Below, one piece after another: positions 12,720 through 26,957 of a stretch of 64,000 nt of DNA. This DNA is from the human T2T-CHM13v2.0 reference genome, Homo sapiens, in assembly GCF_009914755.1 (NCBI RefSeq), contig NC_060947.1. One strand, 5' to 3'. Made by a program: the position numbers and the translations under genes. Positions within the stretch are counted from its first letter, which is position 1. Each line of letters starts with the position of its first letter. The notes under the pieces were generated by a model that made no database searches, was not told where the DNA came from, and saw nothing but the letters and a program-made list of their open reading frames with translations.

Positions 12720-14182
12720 GACCTTTCCCTTCAATTCCTGCTTTACTAAGAGTTTCTATAAGGAATGATTGTTGGATTTTGTTAAATGTTCATTCTGCAT
12801 CTATTGTTTTCTTTTTTAGTTTGTTAATAAGGTAAATTACATTGACTGATTTTCAAATGCTTAAGCAACCCTACATTCCTGGGAAACGCTTCACTTGATC
12901 ATGGTGTATTATCCATTTTATATATGGATGAGCTCTGTGTCTCATTCTAGGTGGCTTCTACTGCTATGTCTTCAAGGTCCACAAGCCTTTCCTTCTGCTA
13001 CATCTGCTATGTCTAATTTACTGTTAATGTTATCAAATGTATTTTTCATCACAAATGCTAGTTTTTATTTCTATAAGCACAAGCTAGGTGATATTTATGT
13101 CTCCCATAATTCTACTATACTGTTTGAACATATAGAATTCAGTTTTAATAACCATTTTAATGTCTTTGTCTAATTCTAAAATCTGTCAGTTTGGAGACAG
13201 TTTCCATTTCTCAGGATAGGTTTTTAAAATTTAAATTCAATGTTTCTTTCATTTTAAATTAGTCGTAGTCTTCTAAGGCTACTATAAGAAAATGCCATAA
13301 ATTGGATGGCTTATAAAGATGGATAGTTATTTCTCACAGTTCTAGAGGCTGAGAAATCCAATTTCAAGGCAACAGAAGATTTGGTGTCTGTTGAGGGCCT
13401 GCTCCCTGATTCATAGTCAACTGTCTTCTTGATGTGACTTCAGATGATAGAAAGAGCAAGGAGGGTCTCTCTCTCGGACCTCTTTTATAAAAACACTAAT
13501 CCCATTCATAATGGCTCCACTCTCAGGACCTAAACACCTCCCAAATGCTCCACTTCCTAATACCATCACCTTAGGTGTTAAGATTTCAACTTATGAATTT
13601 TAGGGGGACACGCATATTCAGTGTATTGCACTTAACTTAGTAAGGTTAACCAGCCTTAAATGTGGTTAAGGACTATTTCTATACCTACTTATGAATTGCC
13701 TGCTCATGTCTTTTTCATATTTTTCTATTAGATTTGGGTCCATTGTCCAAAAATTTGTCAGTCTTTAAAATTAAGGATATTAGCCCTCTAAGCTACACAT
13801 ATTTGCAGACCTCTACATTACAATTTTCCCCCAATTTGTCAGTTGTCTTCTGATTTATTTCATGTTGTGTTTTGCTTTTCCTTCTAAAATTTTAAGAAAT
13901 GTAATGCATTTTGAGTGAGAAGGCAATCAGTGGACACCAGGAAGTAAGTGCTTCACAGGACACCCTGGGAAGCCCCACTATGCCAAATAGGTGTGTGCTC
14001 AGGTGAGGACCACAAACTGGCTCAATTTGCTAGTCAATTAGGAACCTAAGGGCTGGGGTAAACCCCACCATGCCTTTCCTCCAGGTCCATAAACCCAAAT
14101 GAGAGATCCTACTTGGGGAGCTATATGGACAGGACTTGATCACATAGTGTCTCCTTCAGGAAGCTGGAAGCTTGTTATAACT
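12720..14182 (+). repeat. Ancient direct repeat, copy B, interrupted by an MLT1A LTR
   Basis: Same collinear anchors as 8270-9322, e.g. gacaccaggaagtaagtgct at ~13933 and ctggaagcttgtta at ~14164. Confidence 0.8.
13260..13630 (-). mobile_element. MLT1A-type MaLR solo LTR
   Basis: tatttctcacagttctagaggctg...cactaatcccattcat...atgaattttagggggacac. Confidence 0.85.
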
Positions 14183-14357
14183 AGAGCCAACTTCGTAAGC
14201 ATGCAACCTATATACTCGCACAGGGCCTGAAGCTTAGAAGGGCTCCGTGTACTTGATTTAATGCTCTACTGTAGGAGTCTTGAATTTTGTAATAATTTTT
14301 GAACAGAAGTCATATTTTCATTTTACACTTGCCTTGAAAATTATGTAATTGGTTTCT
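14183..14357. mobile_element. MER91-like hAT MITE
   Basis: tttaatgctctactg...aataatttttgaaca...tttcattttacact...aaattatgta. Confidence 0.6.
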
Positions 14358-16261
14358 TCCCCACCCTCAGGCTTCTAGAATCGGTATTTCTGTGGTGAGT
14401 GCTAGACCTAGAAGTAAAAAGGCTTCAGTCTCATTGCTCTACTACTTCCCAGCTGCAAATAATTCTGTGACTTTTTCCTCCTATTTCACATGGGAAACAC
14501 ATAAAGACATAGAAAACAAATATGTTCCTCAGGATACTCCCCCCAGGAGGTCCTCATGCTGGCCTGTTGCGACTTCCAATCTGGCATGCATGCAAAACCA
14601 AGACACCAGCTGTTGGAGTCTCCTGTCTCCATCAGGAAAACTCATATGGAACTTGTTCTTTCACTTTCCAGTTGAACTTATACCTTGAAACCACAGGCAG
14701 CCTGGCAAGTAGGCAATATGGACTGACTCCCGGGAGTTGAAATACTTGAATACTTTTCACTTCTAAGTTCTGAAATGAGGCCATGATCTGCTGGAGTATT
14801 GTGGTATCCTTTGCCTCTGAGTCAGAAGAAAGGAACTGGCAAAGGCTTTGTAGGTTGTCAGGACATCAAAAGTTCCTTATGACCTTTTTGTAATTGTAAA
14901 GGATTCAGCAAGATTTGGATGAGATTTTGCCTCAAGCACTTACAGATTCTACCATGAGGAAAAAGTGATCAGCAAAATATGTTGGTCAGATATCAAAAGC
15001 AGCAGCATATAGATGACCCCAGATGAAACCTCACTTTTCTTTCCCAGGTATGGATCAAGCCAAATGAAAGTGCTTTATCTGTTTTGGAAACCTGGATTTT
15101 CACCATCTGGTCCAACAGTCATGGAAATCTGAGAAAGCAGATTTCAAACACTAGTGACCACATATTCTGGAGAATGAAACATTCAGGGCACCACAGGCAG
15201 CTTTTTTCATACCTTCGTTTTCTAACTTGTTAGCTAAAAGAGTTCTTACCTGCCATAAAAGCCATGTCATCTATGTATTTCATAGATGTTTCAAGTTAAT
15301 AGTGACCCAAGTACAGCAAAAGGGCATTTTGTACCTTTTAGGAATTGCCTAAAGGTGTTCCTTTCTGCATTGCCTCTTGTGCTAAGCTTCTTCCAGGGCT
15401 GAAGATGAGCATGAGGGTCCCACTTCCTACGTGTCTTGTGGCATGACAGCTCCAAACCATACCAGCATTCCCATGTCCCCTTACATTCAGGCAACTTTTA
15501 AAAATGGGATGACCAGGAACTGCTGAAATTTGGAGGGAGATTGATTGTATTCATTCTGTGTGTTTAGAGGTGAAGCATTAGGACAAATTGGCTTGGCAGT
15601 TGTGGGACAGGTACCTACCATTGCCAAGACACTTCAATTCTGACCTGTGACAGAGTTCTTGGGAGAGCTAGCTGAATCAATCTCCCAGGCCTTTATTTGT
15701 GACATGTAGTGATAGAGGCTCATTCACAGGTGACAAAGATCTAAGCATGCTTGGCGAATGGAGTACTGGCTGGTCTGCCATGTGAAACAATGGAAGCAAT
15801 CACTTTAGGGGTGCTTTAACTCTTTAGGCCCCTATGATATAATTTGGTGGTTACCTGATTCGTGAGCCACTAATGTCCTGATTTTTCACCAATAGAAGCA
15901 GACCCCTTATTTTGAAAAGACTGCTAAACACCGATTATCAGGCAATGATCTCTGAGGCAGGCTGCACCAGTAGCAGTTCCCAGCCCTCGTCCCAGCTTTC
16001 TCTCATTGGAGAGATCAGTATCCAGAAGTATACGACTCTCTGAAGTGAAACAGGTTCTAATCCGAAATAAGTAAACATATTTCCTCTTAACAAATAAAAA
16101 TGCTTCAAACTGAGAAGGCAGAAAGGCAAACACAATTCCCTTTCAAAGACAAACAAAGCCTTCAAATTATGTGGTTCAACACGGTGTCTTTAAAGATCTT
16201 ACACCACTTCTGCAATGTGCAAAATTGCTGTATATAAAAAACGCAACATGCAAAAAAAGTT

Positions 16262-17010
16262 TTAAATTATAATCCAACTCACACCCATTAGGATGGCCTT
16301 CAAAAAAACAAAACAAAACAAAAGAGAAAATAACAAGTGTTGGCAAGGATGAAGAGCAAAGGGAATACCTGTGCACTGCTGGTGGGAAGACAAATTGATA
16401 CAGTCACTACGAACAACAATATGGAGTTTCCTCAAAAGCTAAAAATAGGACTACCCATGATTCAGCAATCCTACTACTGAATATCTATCCAAAGAATATA
16501 AAATCATTATATTGAAGAGATATTAACACTCCCACGTTCATTTCAGTATTATTTACAATAGCCAAGAGGTGAAAATAATGTAAATGTTCAACAACTAATG
16601 AATAAAGGAAATGTGTTATATTCATACAATGGAACATTCAGCCTTTTTCAAAAAAAGCAAAAGTCCTATCATGCTACTATATGGATGAAACCTGAGTACA
16701 TTAGATTAAGTGAAATAAGCCAATCACAGAAGGGCAAATACTGTATGAATACACATATATGAAGTATTTAAAGTAGTCAACCTATAGAAACAAAAAGTAC
16801 AATGGTGGTTGCCAGGGGCCGGGGTTAGGAGGAAAAGGGAAGTTGCTGATCAACGGGTATACAGTTCTGGTTATGCAAGATGAAAATAAATTCTATAAAT
16901 CTGGCACATAACAATGTGCATACAGTTATCTACACTGTACTGTACATTTCAAATTTATTAGGAGAATATATTTGATGTTATATGTGTTTTTTTAACCAAA
17001 GTATAAAAAA
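16262..17010 (+). mobile_element. L1MB 3' end
   Basis: aataacaagtgttggcaaggatg; aagtgaaataagccaatcacaga; atggtggttgccagggg. Confidence 0.85.
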
Positions 17011-17355
17011 GTAATTTACTTGCAGAAGCATCAATAGTAGCTGCAAGTGGTTGGCTGCAGTACGCTTGTGATGGGCCCAAATGATGCTTTCCAACTCTGA
17101 AAAACTCAGGGGATATAGAGGATCCAGGGCCACTCTAGGCACCCATCTTACTACCCTTCCAACTTCACCCCTTTTCTCGTTATTTGTTAGGCTATATCAC
17201 TCCTCTTCTTAAATGAGAAAACTAAGACTATATGTCTAGCAACATCTTGAAAGGCCACTTAAATCACCTATGTCTTTAAACAAAGCTCAAGTATAACATG
17301 GCCATGAAGAGTGGAACTGGCAAGATAAAGACTGGGGATGAAGTGGGTAGCCAGG

Positions 17356-17706
17356 TGTCTTAGTCTATTGAAGTAGTTATAACATAATACCATAAGCAAT
17401 AGAAATTGATTTCTCACAGTTCCAGAGTCTGGCAGTCTGAGATCAGGGTGCCAGCATGGTTGAATTCTGGTGAGGACCCTCTTCTTGGTCACAGAATGCT
17501 GTCTTCTTGTGTCCTCACAAAGCAGAAAGATAGCAAGCAAGCTCTCTGTGGCCTCTTTTATAAGGGCACTAATCCAGTTCAGGAGGGCTTTACCCTTATG
17601 ACAATCACATGACTCCCACAGGCTCCATCTTTAAATACCATCAAATTGAGAGCAGAGATAGCACCATATAAATTTTGTGGGGGCACAAATATTCAGTCCA
17701 CAGCAC
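17356..17706 (-). mobile_element. MLT1A-type MaLR solo LTR
   Basis: tgtcttagtc...tttctcacagttccagagtctgg...aaatattcagtccacagca. Confidence 0.85.
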
Positions 17707-17879
17707 AGGGCTTTGAGCTTCACCAGTGAGCCTCATAGGTCATCGATTCTGCTGAGTCTGGGGCCAGTGATTCTCAGGATGGTTTCTAGCTGCAATTGAT
17801 AATGTTCGATAAGGAGAGCCCCAGCATTTCAGAGCCAGAAAGCATACTTTACTGATTTTATTTATCTGCCATTCATGAT

Positions 17880-18259
17880 TGTATTACTCCATTCTCACAC
17901 TGCTATAAACAACTACCTGAGACTGGGTAATTTATAAAGAAAAGAGGTTTAATTGACTCACAGTTACACAGGCTATACAGGAAGTATGGCTGGGAAGGCC
18001 TCAGGAAAGTTACAATCGTGGCAGAAGGCGAATGGGAAGCAAGCACATCTTACCATGGCAGAACAGGAGAGAGAGAGCTAAGGTGGAAGTGCTACACACT
18101 TTCAAAACAACCAGATCTCGTGAGAACTCTATCACAAGAACAGCTAGGGGAAAGTACACTCCCATGATTCAATCACCTCCTGTCAAGCTCCCCCTTCAAT
18201 ACATAGGGATTACAATTCAACATGAGATTTGGGTGGGGACACAGAGCCAAACCCTATCA
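17880..18259 (-). mobile_element. MSTA-type MaLR solo LTR
   Basis: tgtattactccattctcacactgctataaa...gagatttgggtggggacacagagccaaaccctatca. Confidence 0.9.
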
Positions 18260-18537
18260 ATGATTCCGTCCCCTCATGCACTTGCTCAGTCATTCATAAC
18301 ACACACATTTTCATGCCTTCTGTGTTTCTGACACTGTGCCAGGCCCAGAGGGAATAGTAGAGAAAGGTGGCCAGAGGAGCACAAGAGAAAATCTTTTGAC
18401 CTGGGCTCTAGACCAATATTTCTCTACCCAGAAAACCACAGATTTTTGAGGGGCTTTGGAGTTAATGAAGAAGATTCAGCATGGAAAGCAAGCACCAACT
18501 CCGGACTGAATAAAGAGTATAGGTGATTCATAGAGGT

Positions 18538-18720
18538 ACTATAGCATAGTGGTCAAGAGCTGGGGCCCCAGAGCCAGACTGCTTGAGTTCAAATCCCAGT
18601 TCTGACATGTGGGTAGTTTCTTCATTTTGTCATGCCCCATGTTTCCTCATCTATATAATTGAAATAAATAACAATATTTACCCGAGTTAGCATATGTGAA
18701 GCATATAAATATTTGATTAT
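18538..18720 (+). mobile_element. MIR SINE
   Basis: agcatagtggtcaagagc...gagttcaaatcccagttct...gtttcctcatctata. Confidence 0.75.
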
Positions 18721-19889
18721 TACATGTGTGCCACATTTTTTCAAATGTCTCTAGATGCTATTATAATAAATTAAATACAAACTTGTTTTAAAATGTAACC
18801 TAATGTAGCTTATGGTTATTCTGCATTTCCTCAATCAACTGATGCCAAAAAATATAAATATTTTCAAGAGAGGATATTGCTATTTATTTGTATGTACGAA
18901 ACCAAAGATGGCACACCTCCTTGATGCCGTTGCCCCATGATTCTGGTGCTTTCCAGCCATTTCCTTACATAGACAGAGTCTAAGATTAGGAACTGACTGG
19001 GTCCAGTTTCTCATCCCAGCTCTGCTCTGTCAAGCATTCAAAAACATTTATTAAGAAACTAATTATACAAGGCCCAGGGTGAAATACTACCTCTTACCTG
19101 CAAGCCCTGCAACAAATTATTTCATCTGCCTAAATATCATTTTTAACCTGTAAAGTTGACATCTAACTTCTAGTTCGTTTTGAAAATTAGAGGAGTAATA
19201 CATGTAAAATCATCTAGCACAGTGCCTGGCACAGAAACTATGCCCAATAAATGTACATTTTCTTTCTAACTCATGATATGACAGTTGAGAAATGGCTGCA
19301 TAACCTGCCTAATCCTTTAAATATGAGAAATCATATTTGGTTTCATGATAGTCACAGAGGTGAAATGTACCCTGCTCTATTCAAGCACAGGTTGGGGATG
19401 GTATAAAAATGAGATTCCATAAAGCATATCCTGGCTATGGGCTGCTGCTGCCCTTTACAGAAAAGAATCCAGCACACAAACACTGGTTAGGAGAGACTCT
19501 AGCCTAGAAATGCTCAGTGGCTCAGAACTTAATCGGTTGGGTGTCAACATTCAGTTATGAATATGGCTCCTAAGGGTTTCTAATCTATATCAATGTCCTT
19601 TAGATAAACATGCAGCCCCCAAGGCCAAAGGGAGGAGGAGCATGGCTCTGAATTCTAGGATGAAGGATAGGAGGATGGATGGAGGCAGACCAGGAACATC
19701 AATTAACCCCAAACGTGTAACACTCATTTGTAATTTCATCCCTGTGGTTTACACGGCATTAGAGTCTATGCATGAAGAACATTGCAGTAATGATGATAAA
19801 TCCCTACCACATCAGAGATCAGGGTGACATGTGCTATGAGCTTCCTGGAAAAAGGTTACACATCCCCCAACCTGGCATAGAGGATACAG

Positions 19890-20430
19890 GAATGAACAAT
19901 GGATAGTGACCCTTCCCTCATGGAGCTTATAATCTAGTAGAGGGACAGATAACAAACACATGAATATACAATATCAGGTGGTGCTAAGCACTATGACGCA
20001 AACTGAATCAGGGCAAGAGGTCCATGACTGACATATTAAGTGAGGCTGGGGGTAAAGGTGCTCTTTTAAGATAGAGGGGTGAAGGAAACTGTCTCTGGGG
20101 AGGTAGCTTTGAACAGAGGGAAGTATGTGGTAAGGAAGGAAGCCTTGTGAGGATTTGGGGAAAGTGTCTCAGTCCGATGGCAAGGCAAGTGCAAAGGTTT
20201 TGAGGCATGAATGACCTTGGTGAGTGCAGGAGTAGCATGAAGAGCAGCATGGAGGTTGTGAGTAAGAAAAAGTGCAGGAGAAGAGGTCAAAATGGTAGTC
20301 AAGATATGACCACTTCTAGCCACCTCTGTCACTACCACCATGGTCTAAGCCACCACCATATCTTGCCTGGATTCCAATATAGCCTACTTAACTGATTTCC
20401 CAGGTTCTGCTCTTGATCTCATTCAGTCCA
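19890..20430. mobile_element. L2 fragments
   Basis: cctcatggagcttataatctagt; aagccaccaccatatcttgcctgga. Confidence 0.6.
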
Positions 20431-20659
20431 TTGTACTGGTTGTCAAATTTTGCTGTGCACTGGAATCACCTGGGGAGTTTTATTTATTTATTGTTAATTC
20501 ATGTTTTTGAATAATGTCTGTTCACAAGTGGCAAAGCATTTCAAAGGCTAGTAGTGGCAGAATCAGGATTTGAAACTACTCAATTAATTCCTGAGCCTCT
20601 TCCACCATAGCTATTATAGTTTACTGCCTACCTGCAAAGTAAAGATACTAAATAGGTCA

Positions 20660-20880
20660 CAATTACACAGCACCTACTATGTGTTGCTAGTCACTATCTT
20701 ACATATATTAACTCGTTCAATCTTCATGGCAATCCTATGAGGTCAGTTTTACTTTTAACCTATGATAAGGATGAGGAAACTGAGGCTCAGAGATGTTACA
20801 CTGTTTACCTAAGTTCACACAGCTAGTAGGTGGTGAGTTTGGTATTTGAACCCATGTAATCTGGCTCTAGAGCATTCATT
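20660..20880 (-). mobile_element. MIR SINE
   Basis: gatgaggaaactgaggctcagaga...tcacacagctagtag...tttgaaccca. Confidence 0.8.
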
Positions 20881-20988
20881 TTCAAGAGAGTTCATATCAC
20901 TACCAAGAGGACAATAATTTATTTTTTGCAGGATGAAAAATTATTACTCTTATATATAAGACCCAAATATACATACAGTACCTAAATA

Positions 20989-21467
20989 GTATATTAGTCA
21001 ATTTCTCCAGAGAAACAGAACTAATAGGATATGTGTATATATTTATACAAAGATATAGATATTATAAGGAATTGGCTCACGTGATTATGGAGACTGGCAA
21101 GTCCAAAATCGGCAGGGTGGGCTGGCAGCCTGGAAATCCAGGAGAGTCAATGTTCCAGTTCAAGTCTGAAAGCCATCTGCTATAGAACAAGAAAGCACTG
21201 ATGTTGCAAATGAAATCTAAAGATAATTTGCTGGGGAATTCTCTCTTGCTTGGAGGAGGCTTGGTCCTTTTGTTTTATTCATCCTTTGAACTGATTCGAT
21301 GAAGCCTACCCATATCATAAAGGGTAATCTGATTTACTCAAAGTTCACTGATTTTAAATGTTAAATCCATCCAAAAACACCTTACAGAGGCACCTAAAAT
21401 AATGTTTGACCAAAATATCTGGGAACGTTAGGGCCCAACCACTATAACACGTAAAACTAACCTTCAC
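20989..21467 (-). mobile_element. MLT2-type ERVL solo LTR inserted in a MER103-like hAT relic (~20885-21605)
   Basis: tattagtcaatttctccagagaaacagaac...aaactaaccttcaca; aatag on both sides (5-bp TSD). Confidence 0.8.
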
Positions 21468-22129
21468 AAATAGATGTACAGTATATCTGTGGTATTAACA
21501 TCTCATGGGGAAAGAAAATTGGATTTTTTTTTTAAGTTTGAAAGTCTCCTTGAGTGGAGGGTGTATGGGCAATAATGAAAAAAGAGATTGAGAAACACTG
21601 TGCTAGAGTGTGCCTTCAATCATCACAGTTTAGGACAGCCAATCAGCTAAAGAAACCACATAGGTGGACAAGTGGCTTAGCTATTATAACTGGCTAACTA
21701 ATACTTATTGCCAGCATGTAATGTGCAGATACTATGGTTAGATTTTTACATACATGTGCAGGGAGTATGGGAGTATGGCTAACCACTGTCATGGTTCCAG
21801 CTTGCTCTATTTAGCTCCTTCCTCCCCCTCCAGGGGTAGAGGCTCTTACAGGTGTAGGGGCTACCTCTACTACCCAAATTCCCCTTCTTTGAGATCAAGG
21901 TGTCATGGGCATTATGGGCTGGTGTCCACTGAGATAATAAGGCAAGGACAGAACAAAGCATGACTGGGCATCTCTCCTGCTGGAGTTCAGAACCCCACCC
22001 TTAATGTACAGATAGGGGTGGTGAAGAGGTTATAGGCTCTAGGTGGGAAGTTCATGGGCAAGCAAGACTGTGACTTGTGGGCCCTTTAAGACAACTTCAC
22101 TGATATCAGATCCCAGGATTTTAGGGCCC

Positions 22130-22640
22130 ACCCCAAAAGCGTTCTCACTTGTGCCTCACTGGGGAGCTGTTAAAATTTCCCATTCCCAGGTCACACACTT
22201 AACTAAAGCAGAAGACTTGTGGGTGGGAGTCAGGCATCAGCATTTTGTAACAATCCCCATGTGATTCCACTGTATAGCAAAATTTAACAATCTCTGCCTC
22301 ATTTTCAACACTGCTCCTAGAGTTATCTTAAAAAAAGAAGTCTAATCACACATTTCTCCCCTGCTTAAAACCCTCCAGTGGTTACCTATTGCACTTGAAG
22401 TCCACCTTTTTCATGTGACCTATAAGCCCGTCTCCCCGTTGTTACCTGAGTGCATTCCTCCTCCATTTACTATGCTTTAACCGACCTCTTTTTGTTCCTC
22501 AAAGATGCTGAGCTTGTCCTGCCTCAGAGCCCTTGTACCTCAACATTGGAATACTATTCCTAACCCTAACTCTTTTTGTTATTTAGATCTCATCCCAAAT
22601 CACCTCCCTTAAGATTCCTTCCCTGATTCTTCTAGATGAT
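22130..22640. mobile_element. MER5-like hAT fragment followed by an L2 fragment
   Basis: ttttgtaacaatccccatgtgattcc; cccctgcttaaaaccctccagtgg. Confidence 0.55.
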
Positions 22641-22659
22641 TTTGTACACAGACAACTTT

Positions 22660-25600
22660 TATGTAAATGCTGTGATGTGCCACCAAGATTCCCCTTCAGG
22701 GACTGAAGAACTTGCCCCAGCTGGTGAGAAAGTTGTCAGTACTTGACTTTGGCTGGAAAGACTGTACCTTTTCAGGTGCAGCCTGCATCCAGTGACTTGC
22801 CATTGGTAAGGTTTGTGGGCACAGACACCTTGCTGTAATGTGGGACAACTCTGAAGGTCCATCCCAGCCTCAGCACTCCCCAACAGGTGACAGAAGGCTT
22901 GGCTGAGAATACATCACAGCCCAAATTCTCCCTTGTCCAATTCTGCTTCTTCCCCTTCCGTAGCTGTTGATCCCAAGAGCATTTCCCAAAGATATTCTTG
23001 TACACTAATTTCCAACTCAGAGTCCAAGGTAACTAAAACTGCAAAGGTTGCTGCCAGGAGTAATCTGAGAAAGGAAACACTAAGACGGCATTCTGGAGCT
23101 GGACCACCTGCCAGACAGTTGGCACTGTGGAACCCTTCACTGGAGATAGGTGGCACAGAAATAGCAACAATTTAATTGTTAACAATTTTACCTGTGGGAA
23201 CTGGGATGTGATGCTTGTGGAAAGAAATTCACTAGCAAGAGTAGAATTGGTTGGCCTGTGTTAAGCATAATTAATGCTTTGGAGAAAGGTAACAAAAGGC
23301 TACAAGTGATTATTGTAGAAGGTAAAGAGGTTCTCATATCTTGCATCCAGAGAGCAGAGAAAGCTAAGACCCAGGCTTAAAAATGAATCATCTAAGTAAC
23401 AAAGCTCCAAAGAAGTTTAAACTCCCAACCACAGACCTGTTAGACCAAAGCCAGGGCCCTGATTGGGAAAGAATGGGACACCAAATCATAGTGTGGTATA
23501 TCAAACACCTGGTTTGATATACCAGCAATCTGGAATCCTCAGGATTTCTCCCAAACCTTGTGCATATGCAGAAGTGGCCCAGTCTTTCCTAGAAATGCTG
23601 TTTCCTTTCCTGACGATGATTCAGAGGCCTCTCCCTTGAAAATGACACACGCATTCTCAGGGTCTGCCTCTGCCTCTTCTTCTGGCAGATAGTCCAATAG
23701 GGAGGTTATGTCACAATATAACCTGGCTGGGGGAAATGATGGGCCTGCTAAGGGAAGAAAGGAACTTGACCTCAAAGAAGCTGCTGGACCTAGTCAACCT
23801 GAACTAACCAGCAGGAGTCAGGAGAATGTGCATGGGACTGAATTCAGAAGGTACTGGATCAAAAGGAAGTCAGAATATTAAACTGGATAAAAGGTATTTA
23901 TATGAGAGCACCAATAGACACAAGATTTAACACTCTGGCAAGGACCCCGGGAGATGATACGAAAATGCTGCCTAAGATGATGCTTAGAAATATGGAAAAA
24001 AACAGTAGTCTGCACCAATTAAGGTAGAAATGCCAGAATTGAGACAGGCAGTAGCAAAAGGAATTAAAGGCCCTGGGAAGTGGGCATGCTACAGTAGCTA
24101 TCCCATGGAAGTCTGGAATTCCTACTGGATGAATATGTTGTACAGGAGGGCATGGAGGATATATCATTTCCCAAGGCCATTGGGAAAACACAGGAGAGAG
24201 GAACACCAGCATCACTATGGTCAGTGGTGGATTTCCCCTGCAGGACAGGGCAGATGGTAGTACAGGAGATCATAGAGATGAGTCTACTGATAGCAATAAG
24301 AATAGCAATAGAGGGCAGATGATAATATTTTACCATCAGAAGCAATGAGTATAATTACTGTAATGAGCAGCAAAATCAGAGTTGCCATGAGGACCTGACC
24401 TATAGAGAGCTATGGAGATAGTTAAAAAAACACAGTATCCTTAGGGACAAGCTAGATGGGCAGCCAGCAAGTGTAGCATTCAATCTATACAGTCAGAGGA
24501 AATCAAGGACGGGTGAACAAGAGGTTGTGGGCAGTCACACTGACAAAAAGTCAAAATTCCTTGTTTAGTTTCTACACCTGAGCAAATTTTCAGATCTGGA
24601 ATCCACTGAATGGAGGCTGGGTCCCTGGGAGGAAGGCAAGTATATATGGTAATGATTCCTTTACATGTTCTCAAAAGGGACAAATGGTCATTTACTTGGA
24701 TAACTGTATAGTTGTGAAAAGAGACTATCCAAACATTTCACAACATACAAGTTTCTACTGATAACTAAGGACTTGAAACATCATGATGACTCTCAATTAC
24801 AGTAGGGGCATATGAGGACCAGGTAACCAATGTAGCCCTGGCCCAGACCTGGCTCAACAATATGTCCTCAGGATCCATAGACCCAAACGATAATCACTGA
24901 TTCCTCTAGTTTTCAAACATACAATTGGAATTGACATACTTGGTAGCTGGCACATGACCTGAATTAGTTTCTTGGCCTGACAGATAAGAGGTATAATAGT
25001 GGATCAGGCCAAACGAAGCCCCTTGTGTCACTTGGGTTTATGGTAATCCGAAATAGGATAATCACAACAAAGACTTCTAGGGTTGAAGAAGAGCAAGGTC
25101 ATGCCATATATGGTGGAGAATTATATAACTTTTATAAAACAATCTCTGGCATACTACCAGGCACTGATAAAGATGAGGTGTCTGATCATGAGTCATTAAA
25201 TGACCATGGAGCCAGAGCTGCTCTACATGAGCTGGATGATTTTAGACCCACCAAGTCATAAGGTTAGGTGTACTCAGAAGCAATCCATTGTAAGACCAGC
25301 TGATGGAGGAGGGAAAACACAGTTTCTTTCTTAGACTGGCTGAAGAAACAGGAAGCAAGCTGAAGACAGACCATAGCTGCATTGTAGCCCACTGAGGGGT
25401 GACCTTAAAAGAAGCAGTGAAGGTAAATCCTCCCAATGGGCAGAGCTTTGGGTGATGCAGTTGTTCATTCACTTTATTTGAAAAGAGATATCCTGAGGTT
25501 ATAATATGTAAGGCATCACAGGAAATTACCAATAGATTGGTTGGTCAGAGGCCTGCAAATAGAAATATAAGATTGAGGTCAAGGAGGTCTGAGATATGTA

Positions 25601-26957
25601 TGAACTTGCAGAATTGACTACATGGGAACTCTTCCACCTGAGAAGAGTGATACATTTGGCAAGTGCTTCATTTTGACAAGAATAAAACTATGTTCTAGAA
25701 ATAATCTCAGACAGCACAAGAACATTTGATTTACCTACTGGCATAGGATTACATATAACATCACATCAAACCAAGGAATGTACCTTACAGACAAAGAGGT
25801 GCTGAAAAGAGTGCATGACCATGGGATCCACTGGTTATAGCACACCTATACTACTTAGAAGCTGCCATCCTGACAAAATACAGCCTGATGAAGGCACAGC
25901 AGAGGTGACAGTTCAAAGGGAGTTACCCTCCAGGATACAGTGTACACTATAAATCAAGACCTTTTTATGGTTTTGTGTCCCCAGTGGGTAAAAAATACAT
26001 TGAATCTAGATTCAAAGAGTAAAGGCAGGAATGGCCCTTCTTGTAGGATTGGTGTTTACTGTTCACTCTGATCTTTTGGAGAATTTGTGTTTCCTGTCTT
26101 CGCAACTCTGGGCCCTATGGGTTTAGAGCTTATAGTTCCTAAAGAGAAAACACTTCTACTAGGGGCACAGGAGGGAGAGATGCTATTGTAGAATAGAACT
26201 AGGAAAGACTGAAAAGGTGAACAGGGATTCAGGCACTTCAGAGATAAGATCTCAATCATGCCACCACATAAGCCATCAAGACCAGTCAAAGTACTAACTG
26301 AGGAAAAGAAGAATTTGGAGAGGAGACTAGATGAGAGAGATATTGAGTGTCAGTTCTGGCCTCAAAATTAGTTGCAACAACAAGGGCTATAATTTGTCTC
26401 ATAAACCCTCTTACAAATTTTTCCCCAGGAAAAGAAACTCACCAGAGTTCTGGAGTTGATGCTCCCAGAATTTCTATAAAGAAGGGGGTCCAAGTGGCAG
26501 AAGAGATGGACTCTAGTGGTTGTTAAAAATGTACAATCCAAATGTGCCTTCAGGACTGAAGGATTTATTTCCCTAGCTTCCACTGGAGCTGCTGGGCTTA
26601 TAGTTTTCAGCTGTCAGCTCTCTTTGGAAATTGGCTTTAGCTGAACCTCTCCCAAGTTCATATCACCCTTCCTAAGGGAATTTGCACCCAATGACTGATA
26701 AATGTGAGTGTAAAAATGCTTCATCTTTTTGCCATAACGTGGCACAACTCTGAAGGGTTGTCTCAGCTTGGCACCCCCGTTGGAGTCAGGCCTTTGTTGA
26801 ACAGTGTTACAGTTCAACATTTCCCTCTGCCGATCTTTCTTCCCTTTCTTCTCTACCCTTCCACAGTTGTTGATCCTGAGGTAGCTCTCTAATAAATTTC
26901 CTGTATACTAATCTTTGTCTCACAGTCAGCTTTATGGAAAATCCAACGTGCAAAACA
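22660..26957 (+). mobile_element. Ancient HERV16-type (ERVL) provirus with two LTR16-type LTRs (~22660-23035 and ~26512-26957)
   Basis: Both LTRs share ccttcag(g)gactgaag, cacaactctgaagg, gttgatcc and tgta(c/t)actaat; purine tract gcagaagagatggac before the 3' LTR; degenerate, internally deleted gag-pol. Confidence 0.75.
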
